Origin: Pirellulaceae bacterium
GTDB taxonomy: Bacteria > Planctomycetota > Planctomycetia > Pirellulales > Pirellulaceae
Length of the DNA: 32,000 bases
Direction: 5' to 3'
NCBI GenBank assembly: GCA_963805875.1
Contig: CAWDWE010000002.1
Span: forward strand, 136,039 to 168,038
The position numbers and the translations under genes were made by a program. Shown piece by piece: positions 1 to 10,606 of the stretch (positions within the stretch are counted from its first letter, which is position 1; each line of letters begins with the position of its first letter). Under the pieces are notes generated by a model, which saw only the letters and a program-made list of their open reading frames with translations, searched no databases and had not been told where the DNA came from.

Positions 1-136
1 CGCAGCGAGAAGCCCGGTGAACCGGGCTGAAATGTTTCGCGTTGCTCTATTACCCGGCATAAATGCCGGGCCTAATACCGCTGCGCGGAAACGCCTGGTG
101 AACCGGGCCACTACGACTCGTATCGTACGGCGAGGG

Positions 137-460
137 CTACTGCCCGCGCAAGACCTGGTCGATGCGATTTTTCTCCACGGAGTTATCCGTGCTACCCGCG
201 ACGATTCCCTCCCGGCGGCGTTTCTCTTCGGCCAGTTCCTGATAGTAAGCGCGGATCGCTTCGATCTTCTCGCGCCGCTCGCGGATTTGGCGAATTTTTC
301 GCTGGCCGCGCGGGCTGTCGACCTCAAGATGGTACGCCTTGAGCGTGTGCAGCTCCTGGGCGTCGGGCACGAGCGGCTCGTCGTCGACGGCCGTTTTTTC
401 TTCGTTACATCCGCAGAGGCTGACCAGGGCCAGCAGCAGGCAGAGGGTGAATCGACGCAT
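137..460 (-). CDS. Small putative lipoprotein, hypothetical
   Basis: ORF begins MRRFTLCLLLALVSLCGCNEE, a signal peptide with lipobox LCGC, followed by a charged helical region. Confidence 0.6.
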   Translation of the reverse strand: MRRFTLCLLLALVSLCGCNEEKTAVDDEPLVPDAQELHTLKAYHLEVDSPRGQRKIRQIRERREKIEAIRAYYQELAEEKRRREGIVAGSTDNSVEKNRIDQVLRGQ

Positions 461-580
461 GGGGAAACCTCGTTTTGCGTGGTACGACGGCTTAGGGCCG
501 TGGGATAGGCTTCCAGCCTGTCATTTTCCGCGCGACAGGCTGGAAGCCTATCCCACTTACGTCCTGGCCGTCGTACAACG

Positions 581-1822
581 CTATTTGGTAAAATCGACCT
601 GATACGGGTATTTCCCGCGCCAGAGGGCCAAGGCCCGGCCGGCGTGGGAGAGGAATGAATTATTCTTCGCGACTTGCTGTTCGTCGAGTTCGTCGATCGT
701 GCGGACCAGCCACTGCGCCGCCCGCACGAGCACTTCGCGATCGGGCGGAAGAATCTCCTGCTTGTCCCGGGCAGGGACCAGCGCCCACCATTCCAGGGCG
801 TGCCCGGTGGCGATAATGCGATCGCCGAGTCGGTCGCCGACGGTTTCCGTCGGCTCACGGCTGGCGGGGGTGGCGGTCGGCCAGTCTTCGTTCCAGAAGC
901 CGTCGGCGTGTTGGTGATCGACCAGTTTTTTGGTCTGTTCTTGCAAATACTGAACGATGTCGGCCCGCTTCTTTTGGCTAAGCATCGGCTGGGGGCCGTC
1001 CCACCCGTCGTCGGCCCGCAGCAGCACCACCAAGGCGTGCAGGCGATGATTGCCCATGCAGACCCCTTGGGGCATCTGTTGCCGCATGATGCGGTCGGCC
1101 AGCATGTCGAACGAGACCTCTTGCCCATCGGAGGTGACCCAACGGTTGACCCCTTCGATGAACAGGGCGTAGGTGACGGTGGACCACTCGTATTCCGGCT
1201 GATTGAGGCTGAAGTCGCGGAGCGATTGCTCGACGAGGTCGCGGAAGGTGGTCTGACGAACGGGGGTGATGACAGGATAGCTCAGCGGCGTGCCGACTTC
1301 CGCCAGACAGGCCATCGTGTGGTCGTCGTGCGAAGAGCTGAGCTGCCCGTCGAATTCGCGAATTCGCAGGCCGGGTTGATCGTCGATTTCCAGCAGCAGC
1401 GGCTTCGCTTGGGCCGTCTGGGGGCCGTAGAGGGCGACAAACGCACGGTGATCCAGCAGCAACTGCCGCATCTGCTGGCCCCAGACGAACTGCGGGTCGT
1501 CGAATTCCGCCTCGGCGCCCCAGAAGCGGAGGTTGTGATCAACGTGGCCGATGACCGTATCGACGCCGAAAAAGCGGGGCCGCAGCTTGCGCAGCACGCT
1601 GGCGAGCTGCTCGTCGGTGACCATCTGCGGCTCGTCAAACAGCGGGGCGATTTCGCGCGGCGTCTCGCGCAGCGGCGGGAGCTGCGCGCGCTGGTCGAGC
1701 TGCCAGTTTCGCCAGGTGATGCCGGCGGCGGCCACGCCGACTAAGCACAACTGCGCGATGACAAACGGCGCGATGCGGCGCGAAGTCGTGGGCGATTTGT
1801 CAGGCTTTGCTGAAGAAGTCAT
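581..1822 (-). CDS. Conserved hypothetical protein with N-terminal transmembrane segment; possible alpha/alpha-barrel-like repeats
   Basis: 413-aa ORF, N-terminal TM (IAPFVIAQLCLVGVAAAGITW). Segments HADGFWNEDW and TGHALEWWALVP recall alpha/alpha toroid proteins (inference only). Confidence 0.75.
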   Translation of the reverse strand: MTSSAKPDKSPTTSRRIAPFVIAQLCLVGVAAAGITWRNWQLDQRAQLPPLRETPREIAPLFDEPQMVTDEQLASVLRKLRPRFFGVDTVIGHVDHNLRFWGAEAEFDDPQFVWGQQMRQLLLDHRAFVALYGPQTAQAKPLLLEIDDQPGLRIREFDGQLSSSHDDHTMACLAEVGTPLSYPVITPVRQTTFRDLVEQSLRDFSLNQPEYEWSTVTYALFIEGVNRWVTSDGQEVSFDMLADRIMRQQMPQGVCMGNHRLHALVVLLRADDGWDGPQPMLSQKKRADIVQYLQEQTKKLVDHQHADGFWNEDWPTATPASREPTETVGDRLGDRIIATGHALEWWALVPARDKQEILPPDREVLVRAAQWLVRTIDELDEQQVAKNNSFLSHAGRALALWRGKYPYQVDFTK

Positions 1823-1963
1823 TTAAATTCTCAAACTGAAAACTGTGACGAAATGAACCACGGATTTAACGGATAGCACGGATAATTTGCTGCTATTCAC
1901 GACCCTCGCGCACTACGCCCCCTCCCGCCGCAACGGGCGGCGAGGGGAAGGTTGCTCGCGAAC

Positions 1964-2008
1964 GTAGTGCAAAATCACGGCTCCACCGACACAAGGTCGG
2001 TGGGGGCC
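1964..2008. repeat. Hairpin repeat copy 1 (GTAGTGCAAAATCACGGCTCCACCGACACAAGGTCGGTGGGGGCC)
   Basis: Near-identical to the reverse complement of 3953-3999, with stem CCACCGAC/GTCGGTGG. Confidence 0.75.
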
Positions 2009-2083
2009 AACTTCACTTGGCTGAAGTGCTACCTTTTATTCAAGTAATCCGTGGTTCCATAAAACGATTCCTTCTCACATTAT

Positions 2084-3898
2084 CTAACCTACCGGCTCTT
2101 TTCCTGTTGTCTCGGCTGCGCTGTCGGCCCGCTGTTGGCCCGGTATTTTGACGACGCGGGTGAAGACGGCGGCCTGGTCGTCTTCGAACCGCCGGCTCCA
2201 ATTTTCGCTGCGGTTGAGCACGCCGAAGAATGTCGCTTGCTGCTTCTTGTCGACAACAATTGTGTCGACATCGTAGCGGTCGAGGACGTTGCCCCAACCG
2301 GTGCTCACGCCTAGCACGCGTTGATAGTCGCGCCATACTTGCGGCGGAACGAGGTGAATGTTGCTGGTGACGAATGGCTCATATTTCCAGGGAGGTTCGG
2401 CTTGCGCGGCTGGCTGCGCGGCGGATTGCGGCGCGGCGTTTTCGGCGGCGGCCAGTGCCTCGTCGCTTGGATGCACCTGGCGGGCCAGCCAGTCGCCCCA
2501 CCACTGCGGCCCAAAGACGATGCCGCCGGGGACTTCACCGGCCGTGTAGGCGGTATTCAAGTAGGTGACGAGCTGGATCGGGGTCTCTTGGCCGTAAAGC
2601 TGCCGGGGCGTGCGGGCCTTCTTCTTGAGCACGGGCTGGCTGACGGGCGAGAAGGCGAAGGCGATCCAAACCAGCAACAGGGCGACGAGCGTATAGCGAA
2701 ACGAATGGCCCGGCGGCAGGACGAGTTCGCCCTGGTCGACACCTTCCGCGGCGCTCTGTTCCGCTGCGGACGATGACGGCTCTTCGCGGCGGACGGGGAG
2801 CAGCCGCGAGAGGATCTCCGCTATGTGCGGGGCCAGCACCACGACGTAGACCGCCGCATACCAGCCCATCATCCGCACGCCGCCGATGGCCGCCAGCCCA
2901 AACACGGCCAGCAGCAACACCTCGACCGGGCGAATCTTCCGCCGGCTATGCCGCCAGATGACCAGCAGCAGAATGATCGAAACGGCGAACTCGCGCCCGC
3001 CAATGCCGAGCACCACGAGCGGCTGCCATTCCAGCACGGTGGCCAGATTCGAATTGCCGGCGAACCGAATCGTGTAAATCCAGAGATCCAGCCCGTAGGG
3101 ATTGAGCAGCGTGGCCACGAGGGCCAGTTCGGTGAGGAAGGTCCAGCGGCGGACCTGGGCGTCACGAATGACCTGGGCGATGCTGCGCGTCTGCCAAGCG
3201 ACTTCGACGATTCTGCCCAGCCAGAAGCAGCCCAATACGGCCAGCCCGACCACGAACGACCCGTGCAGATTGGCCCAGAGGGCGAAGAGGACGGGCACGC
3301 CGACCCAGGTGCGCCAGTTGAATGAGATCGTTGGCTGGTCGTCCGCGTCCACTCGCTGGGCGTTTCCGCGCACCAACAGCAGAAACTGCAGGGCAAAGAG
3401 CAGCGCGGCGAAATTTTCTGGCCGGATGGTGGCGAAGCGGCTCCAGCCGACGAAGATCAACAGCCCCGTCCCGGCCACGCTCAGCCAGAGGCGGCGGGTT
3501 TGCAGAAAAAAGACCCGCGTCCAGACGATGTAGGTCAGCAGATTTACCAGGGCGAACAAATTCGACAGGCTTTCCGTCCCCAGGTAGCGATCAAACGATG
3601 CGAAGATGAGCTGCGACAGCCAGGCGGAATCGATCACCCGCATCCCCTGGGCCAAGGGCATCCAGGGGTCGGCGGTGGGCAGGGCGAAGTGATCGAGCAT
3701 CCAATCGCCGTAGCCGACGTGCCCCCAGAGGTCGGTGACGCGGAGCGGGATGTAGTTGAGCACGACGAACAGCACGCCAAACAGCGCCACGGTCAAAACC
3801 TGCTCCAGGTTGAGGGCGAAGCGCGGGCTAATCTTGGGGGCGAATTTGTACGGCTCGATGCCTGTGGTGGGCTGAGGCGGTTGTTTCGTTGTTGACAT
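2084..3898 (-). CDS. Polytopic membrane protein, hypothetical (glycosyltransferase/PMT-like topology possible)
   Basis: Long ORF with many hydrophobic helices. The annotated start at 3994 runs through an intergenic repeat; MSTTKQPPQPTT at 3898 is the more likely start. Confidence 0.75.
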   Translation of the reverse strand: MSTTKQPPQPTTGIEPYKFAPKISPRFALNLEQVLTVALFGVLFVVLNYIPLRVTDLWGHVGYGDWMLDHFALPTADPWMPLAQGMRVIDSAWLSQLIFASFDRYLGTESLSNLFALVNLLTYIVWTRVFFLQTRRLWLSVAGTGLLIFVGWSRFATIRPENFAALLFALQFLLLVRGNAQRVDADDQPTISFNWRTWVGVPVLFALWANLHGSFVVGLAVLGCFWLGRIVEVAWQTRSIAQVIRDAQVRRWTFLTELALVATLLNPYGLDLWIYTIRFAGNSNLATVLEWQPLVVLGIGGREFAVSIILLLVIWRHSRRKIRPVEVLLLAVFGLAAIGGVRMMGWYAAVYVVVLAPHIAEILSRLLPVRREEPSSSAAEQSAAEGVDQGELVLPPGHSFRYTLVALLLVWIAFAFSPVSQPVLKKKARTPRQLYGQETPIQLVTYLNTAYTAGEVPGGIVFGPQWWGDWLARQVHPSDEALAAAENAAPQSAAQPAAQAEPPWKYEPFVTSNIHLVPPQVWRDYQRVLGVSTGWGNVLDRYDVDTIVVDKKQQATFFGVLNRSENWSRRFEDDQAAVFTRVVKIPGQQRADSAAETTGKEPVG

Positions 3899-3952
3899 AA
3901 AGCATTGCCCGGCGATGGGCGGATTTGTTTGTGTAAGACAGCAGACTGAATT

Positions 3953-3999
3953 GGCCCCCACTGAGCTTGTCTCAGTGGAGCCGTGATTTTGCACTACGA
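3953..3999. repeat. Hairpin repeat copy 2, inverted relative to copy 1
   Basis: GGCCCCCACTGAGCTTGTCTCAGTGGAGCCGTGATTTTGCACTAC; stem CCACTGAG/CTCAGTGG. Confidence 0.75.
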
Positions 4000-4058
4000 T
4001 TTTTAGTCGCTGATCACTCCGCGATCAGCTTCGTGGACCGCGGAGTGATCCACGACAA

Positions 4059-4108
4059 AGACGTAGTGCAGAATCATCGCTCGACCGACGCAAGGTCGGC
4101 CGGGGCGT
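4059..4108. repeat. Diverged hairpin repeat copy 3
   Basis: GACGTAGTGCAGAATCATCGCTCGACCGACGCAAGGTCGGCCGGGGCGTC resembles copies 1 and 2. Confidence 0.6.
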
Positions 4109-4158
4109 CAAATTATTTCGCTTCTTTCGCGGCTGCGTAACTTCTGAATGAACTCCGC

Positions 4159-7100
4159 TTACAACCGGGCCAGTTGCCGTTTGGCTTCCGCCTCATCCTC
4201 GGCGGGCAGGCCCAATTCGACGGCGCGGCTGAGCATATCCTTGGCCTGCGACGGTTGGCCGGCGATCAGCGACAGACCCAATTGATACAACAGCGGGGCG
4301 GAGGTGGGATGTTTGACCACCGCCTGCTTGAGAATCGTCTGGGCCTTCTGCGGTTGCCCCGCCTTTTTGTAAACGATCGCCATCGTGTCGACGAACTCGA
4401 CGGGAAGCTGATCGATTTCGGCCCGACTTCTCTTTTGCACGTCTTCGATGACCTTGACCGCTTCCTGCGGCTGGTTCATGTGCATCGCCAACAACCAGGC
4501 CAGGTTGTTGCCGGCGATGAGGTCGGCGGGCTGGTCGTCGAGCACGGCCCGGAAATGGTCGCGGGCTTTCTCGCGCAGGGCGTTGCTGCCTTCGATGCCG
4601 GCCTGTTTGAGGTAAACGCGGCCCAGGAAACTATTGGCAGCGGCCCGCTCGGCGATGCTGTCGCCGGCCGCGGCCAGCGCTCGCCCGCCCCATTGCTGGG
4701 CGTCGGCGAAATTGTTTCCCGCGGCGAAGGCCTGCGCCACGAGCAGGATTTCATACGGCTTTTTCGAGGCGCCGACTTTTTCAGCCGCCAGCGTGCGGGC
4801 TTCGTCGCCGCGATTGGCATTGAGCAACATATTCAGCTCGCCCACGACGTAACGCATGTCGTCCGGCTGGGACTGACGGGCCCGCTTCATTTGGGCGATG
4901 GCGCTGTCCACGTCGCCGAGTTCGCGGTAGAGATCGGCGATTTGCTGGTGAATGCCATAATCGTTCGGGCGGCGCCTGGCGTATACCTGCAGCACCTTGA
5001 CGGCATCTTCCAAACGCGGCGGTTCGGCCTTGCGGAAGCACTCGGCCAGGAGCAAGTAGCCGCGAGATGAATTCGGCTCCATCTGCACGGCCGCTTGGGC
5101 GTGCTTGACGCCGTCTTGTATCTTGCCGGCGCCGATGCTGGCCTGGGCCGCCATCGCTTGCAAATCGACATTCGTCGCGTCCAGCTTGAGGGCGTTCTGC
5201 AATTCCACCAGCGCGTTGGCGTAATCGTTCTTGAGGAGAAATGCCTGCGCCTTGAGGCGGGGAATGTTGGGGTCGGTGGGCGAGCGGCGTTCGGCTTCGG
5301 CCAACTCACGCATGGCGTCGTCGAAGCGATCCAGCTTAAGCAGGAAGTCGACCTTCATCACGCGCAGGGACAAATCGCCCGGCCGTTTGGTCAACATTTT
5401 GTCGGCTTCGGCGAGGGCCGCTTCCGGGCCATCGGTTTCGGCGATTTTCTGCGCAGCGCGTCGGAAACCGTCGCTTGCACTTGACCCTGATATTTCGACA
5501 CGCCGGCCAGGTCGGAGATTCCGTCCAGCACGCCGCTGTAGTCGCCCTGTGCCTGGTGGATCTTCGCGAGCATCATCTGCAGCGCTTGATTCCGCGGGTT
5601 CGAGGCGAGTGCCTTTTCGAGGTTTTCCACGCCGGCCGGCTCGTTGCGCTCGATGAAGGCGATCGAGGCCCGGAACAAATAGCCGGCCGTCTCGGTCCCT
5701 TGGTTGGCGACCAGCAGATCGCACTGCGACTTCGCCTCGTCGATTTTCCGCGCGCCCAGCAGCGCCTGGACACGGTAGACCAGCAGCGTGTTGCGGGCTT
5801 TGTCCGATAGTTCGGCAAGGCCTTCCAATCGGTTGAGCGTGTTCAGAGCCGCGGCGGGTTGCTTGTTGCGGATTTGCCAGCGGGCCAGGGCTAATTGGCG
5901 GAGTTCGTCGTCCGGCGATCCGGCCGCGTAATCCTCCACGACCTTGTTGGCTTGCGTCGTTTCCCCCTCCTCCTTGAGGATGCGGGCCTCGAGCATCGCC
6001 AGCGAGAGTTCGTCGGGATAGGTCTTCCGCGCCGCGGCCAGGTACTGCTTGGCTCGGGGGCGATCGGCTGGATCCTTGCTGTCGTCCCAGAGCCAAGTGA
6101 TAGCCAATCCATAGGCGTTAGGGGCCAGGTCGGTGTCGCGCAGCACGATCAATCGCTGTTTGGCGTTCTCCCATTGCCCCAGGGCCAATTGGGCGCGGAG
6201 CAGGTCGAACTCAATGCGATCGCCGCCGCCTAGCAACTGCTGTTTCCAAGCCTTTTCTTCGTCGCTGAGCGTGTCGTCAGCCTCTTGCAGCGACTGCAGC
6301 ATCGTGATCGCCTGATCCCACTCTTCGCGGGCCATGTGCGTGCGAGCCAGCGACATGGTCACGAGAATTTTATCGCCCATCGTCCGCCTGGCCTGCAGGA
6401 ACTGCGAGTGGGCATCGTCCAGCCGGCCTTCGTGCAGGGCGACGCTCCCCTTGAGCAGATGGCTCCAGCCCTCGAAACGATTGCTTTCGAGGAGTTTGTT
6501 CAGATGCACGTCTGCTTCAGGAAACTTGCGCTGCATGATCAACACCCGCGCGGCCAGCAAGTGCAGATCAAGATTCTGATTGCCCGCGTTGTCCCCCATC
6601 TTTTCCGCGGCGGCCAAGCCATCGTTGAGAACCTTCAACGCTTCGTCATACTGTCCGCGGCTCATCAAGGTGCGGGCCGTGTTCCAATACACCAGCAGCG
6701 GCGCCACGCTTTCGGCTTCTTCCGCGGCGTCCAGCGCCGGCGCCGAGCTTCTCTACCCGCGCCGCCAATTCGTCCCGCAACAGTTCGTGGGCCGTTTCGG
6801 TATGCAGCGGGGGGTAACGCAGATTGAACAGCGCCAACGATTGCGCCGCCGCGTTGGCCAGCAGCCGCTTGTCCATCAGGCCGCCCTCGTCCAACTTGTC
6901 GCAACAATCAACGACGACTTTCACGCGTTTGAGCGCTTCGGCCGGCTCCTCAGCCCGATCTTGATAGGCCAGCATCAACGCCAGCATTCGCTCGCGGTCG
7001 TGCGCCGTCAGCAGGCCGAGTTGCTCGGCGTCGAGTCGCTCGGCCAGATCCTTGGCGCTTTCTAAGACAGCGTCGGACTTTTCCTGATCTTCGAGTTCCC

Positions 7101-7671
7101 AATACAGCTTCGCCTCGAACCCGAGGGTTTCAAAGACGCGCGTCGATACGAGATTGGGAAATGCCTTAAATAATGCTTCGGCACTGACCTGGTCTTTGCG
7201 TTCGACAGCGTGCCAGGTTAGCGCGAAGTGGGCGTCGGCGTCTTTGGGATCGGCTTTGTAGACCTTCTCCGCGATTGTTTTCGCCTTGCCCCATTGAGCG
7301 GGATTTTGCAGATACGCCCGCATCAACCGCCGCTGCAAGTCCAGATCGCCCGGTCGCAATTCGGCCGCGCGGGCGAGTTGCTCTGTCGCTTCGGGGTTGG
7401 CGAGATAGGTCGGCGGCCGCCCCTGTTGGAGCGCATAGTTGAGGATCACTCGGGACATCAGCTCGTGCCCCCGGTCGTGATCGGGATAGCGCTTGAGCAG
7501 CTTCTGCAAGTTAATGTGGGCGGCCTCGTAATCCTCGTTCTCGAACGCTTCTTCGGCCCGCGACCAGTAATATCCCGGAAATCGTTTGGCGACGGTGAAT
7601 CCGAGCGCGACCAGCGCGCCGATCGTCAGCAAGACGAGAACGACCAGCATCGCAATGCGGCTTTTTGGCAT
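4159..7671 (-). CDS. Very long tetratricopeptide-repeat protein (about 1170 aa) split by two apparent frameshifts; possible exosortase/PEP-CTERM-associated TPR protein
   Basis: ORFs 6646..7671, 5391..6707 and 4159..6096 continue one another. The frame passes near 6750 (...ARVEKL | GAPALDAAEEAESVAPLLVYWNTAR) and near 5458 (...ATVSDAL | AAQKIAETDGPEAALAEADKML). TPR-like repeats throughout and an N-terminal TM helix (MPKSRIAMLVVLVLLTIGALVALG). Confidence 0.85.
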
Positions 7672-7726
7672 GGAATATCTCCCAAAGAACTTCTAAATAA
7701 GATTGTTGATTCGAGGTAAAACCCAA

Positions 7727-8431
7727 CTAATTCAGTGACACTGGCAGGCGTTGGCAACCACGCACGGCGTCTGGTCCCAGATAAGACTGAAACGCCGCGT
7801 CACACAGCCGCACGAAATCAATTGCCCCGCTGGCCGCGTCCGGCATCATCGTATCCGGCGCCGTCACCTGCAGGGTGACGCTCGCCTCGCGCCGGCGGAG
7901 TTTCTGGAATGTCTTCTGAAAACCGTCTAATTCGGCCGCCTGCTGCGAGGGCAGTGTGTAATGCCAATAGTAAACGAGCCTCGTGTCGTTCTCATCGCCA
8001 TAGCGCAGTTGCTGCACCGGCGACTTTTGGCCGGGAACTTCGACCAGCGCCCGGCCCCCTTCGACTTCGTGATATCCCGCGACGGGGTAGCAAACCTCCG
8101 GATGATGGCCGCGATCTTCGCCCACCTCGGAATAAACCACCCACACCTGCAAATGCTGCCCCGTCTCGACGTTCTGATAAACGCGCTGCAGGTGCTCCAG
8201 CGGATGCACATAGACCGTGTCGACCGTCTCATCGAGCTTCTCATCTTTTCCAACCTGTCGCCAACGGCCGCCGCCCAGTTCCTTGGGAAAATCCTTCAAC
8301 GCCTTGGTCAGCTTGCCGGGAGGATTGTCGCCCGAACCTTCCAGATGGGCCAACACGACCGTCTGCGTGATCAGGGCCACCACGGCCACGACGACAACCA
8401 CGATAACGCGATGGACAAGTTTGCTGGACAT
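7727..8431 (-). CDS. epsI: EpsI-type exosortase-associated protein (DUF3485-like)
   Basis: 234-aa ORF, N-terminal TM, and the family-characteristic HHPEVCYPVAGYHEVE motif. Directly downstream of the exosortase gene. Confidence 0.85.
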   Translation of the reverse strand: MSSKLVHRVIVVVVVAVVALITQTVVLAHLEGSGDNPPGKLTKALKDFPKELGGGRWRQVGKDEKLDETVDTVYVHPLEHLQRVYQNVETGQHLQVWVVYSEVGEDRGHHPEVCYPVAGYHEVEGGRALVEVPGQKSPVQQLRYGDENDTRLVYYWHYTLPSQQAAELDGFQKTFQKLRRREASVTLQVTAPDTMMPDAASGAIDFVRLCDAAFQSYLGPDAVRGCQRLPVSLN

Positions 8432-8472
8432 GTAGTGCTCCGCTCTTTTTTGCGTTTTAACTCAGTTCGATG

Positions 8473-9572
8473 TTACGCGGGTTGCGGCGATTCGGCCGAC
8501 GGGGGCGCTGCGGCGTTCCGCTCGCGATACCAATCGTCCATCCCTGCCATCAGCCAGGCGACCAGCACCAGCACCAACGCCGCCACGCCGATCATGATCA
8601 TGCCTTCATACTCGTGTAGTTTTCCCGTGGCCCATTGCGGCCCAGCGTGAATCATGATCAGGCCGGTGCCGAACACCCGCAGGCAATTCACAAGGATCGC
8701 CACCGGCGCGGCCACGGCCACCAACATGCCCGATAGCGCATGCTTCGCCCACTGAGATAGGCGATGGCAAACGCCAACGCCAGAATCGCCGTCAGCGATC
8801 GCAACCCGCTGCAGGCGTCTCCCACCAGCATGTCGTGGTCGCCGCGGATGTTGATGCGATAACCCGTGCGAATCGCCGGTTCGCCGATCAGGTCGAACAA
8901 AGTCACCGTGAAAATGCTCGCGAAGTGCTGCAAGGGCAGCGCCATTTTCTGATACACGAACGCCGGCAACGGCGCGGCGAAGATCAGGAAGAAAACGGGG
9001 AAGCCGTAAACCGCATTCGCCTTTTTTCCGCCCAGCGCCATGAGCACGCCCAGCAAGATAAAAATCAGGCCGACCACGTCGATGAACAACAATCGCCAGC
9101 CCAAAAACACGGACACCAGGTGCAGCAAAAAGCCGAAGGCGATTTCCAGGCAACCAATTGTCACGCAGCGCCGCGGCACATTCTCGCTGACCGGCAACAC
9201 TTCGTGCCGCGTGTAAGCCAGATAGCCCAGCGCCGCGGCAAACACGGGCACGACATAGCCGTGTGAGTAGTTGGGATCGATCTCCCAAACCTTGACCAGT
9301 TCGATCACCGTGCGGTAATAAATCAGCCCAATCGGCAGCAACACGCCCGCCAGCAGACCCACGTCCCGTTGCCAGGTGGGCCATCCCTCGGCGGCATCCG
9401 ACGCAGTCTCATCCAGCGCAACGCTATCCTTGGCCGCTTGCTCGTCGGCAGGCGGCTTCTGCTGGGTCCCATTCGGGGGTTGACGATCCGCAACGGACAT
9501 AGACACTGCCCCGAGTCGCAGAGGTGATAAAAGAAAAGGAAGACAGAGAAAACCTTCTCGCATTATGACCAA
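8473..9572 (-). CDS. Exosortase (cysteine transpeptidase-like membrane protein), split by an apparent frameshift near 8755
   Basis: Frame 8688..9572 carries the N-terminal TMs, PNYSHGYVVPVFA and DACSGLRSLTAILALAFAIAYLS. Frame 8473..9384 resumes with QWAKHALSGMLVAVAAPVAILVNCLRVFGTG...LHEYEG. Together they give the expected Cys (ACSGLR), Arg (NCLR) and His (HEYEG) residues. Confidence 0.92.
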
Positions 9573-9639
9573 CGCTTACGAGAAATTAAAGCTATTGGCG
9601 CAATCCCCGGTAATTTCGTCGCCGCCCACCCGGATAACC

Positions 9640-9680
9640 CGTAGGGTGCGTCAAGCAAAGCCCACCCATTGCAACGTCAG
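9640..9680. repeat. Fragment of dispersed GTAGGGTGSGTC(A/G)AGCAAAGC intergenic repeat
   Basis: CGTAGGGTGCGTCAAGCAAAGCCCACCC matches the ends of the elements at 11638-11783 and 14891-15031. Confidence 0.6.
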
Positions 9681-9952
9681 CCCTAAAATCCTGCGCGGCC
9701 CAGATGAAAGAGTTCGAATGGCCGTGAAACTGCTTTGCGCCGACGCACCACGCTGGCGAAGGTGCGCAAAGCACCTGGAATGACGATTCAGGGCGTCACT
9801 CAGGCCAATTTCACAAGTTTCCCTTATCGCCGGCAAGATTTCGCAAGATGGCGCTGCATGGAAAACGCGTAAGCCCTTACAAGACAACATCTTCCCGCAA
9901 GATGGCGCCTGTGCGCTACACAGTGCGACCACCGCCCGCCCCCGAAGACTCA

Positions 9953-10014
9953 AAAAGTGTAAATCCAGGTTTACAGATTCAGCGCAAACCTAGCGCGCTA
10001 AGGCTTACACTTTT
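9953..10014. promoter_or_regulatory. Nested inverted repeat in the long exosortase / PEP-CTERM intergenic region
   Basis: AAAAGTGTAA (9953-9962) pairs with TTACACTTTT (10005-10014); AGGTTT and AAACCT pair inside it. Confidence 0.4.
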
Positions 10015-10606
10015 GCGCAGGCTCGCCGGCCGTCGTAGGGTCAGTCTGGAAATTTCTTTTACTTTTCTTGACCACCACCGTACGGCGATTCACTCTAGCT
10101 GGCTTACCCAGCTTGCGGCGGGATGGATCGTACACAGCATCCATAAACCATTGCACAGAAGCAGTTTGCGCGATATCTTGGTAAAGGAACTTCGCTTAGG
10201 AAAGGCCGCCCTGTGTAGGGAAACACCACCACTTACGGTTCCCCCATCAACTTGTAAATTGATTCGCCACTTAGGGGGGGTGTCGATCTTAGAATTTTTT
10301 CGCCAATTGGCATAGGGAATGCTCTTTACGTCTGCCCGTAGGAGGTTCGAGTCGACAGAGTGCGGCATTGCGCAGAATGGGTGCTTAACAAGAGTAGACG
10401 CCCAATTAGTTCGATTTCGCGGATGCAACAGCTAAATGCATGTCGACGGCTCGCTTGATTTCATGGAAGTCGCAACCGACGCTTGAGAACTGAAAACAAT
10501 AGCTTACACGAACACCTTTCCGTGAATTCCCAAATCGCTTGCATAACTTTGCCAGCCCAGTCACAATAGATGGAATTCGCGGTTTTGTCCTATTGAGGAT
10601 TGTCAA

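Noticed and set aside
674-1744. 356-aa plus-strand ORF
   Set aside because: Antisense to the membrane-anchored hypothetical protein; no independent support.
10090-10600. Sigma-54 -24/-12 promoter upstream of the PEP-CTERM gene
   Set aside because: By eye, TTGCAC...TTTGC near 10156 has wrong spacing; no convincing TGGCAC-N5-TTGC was found.
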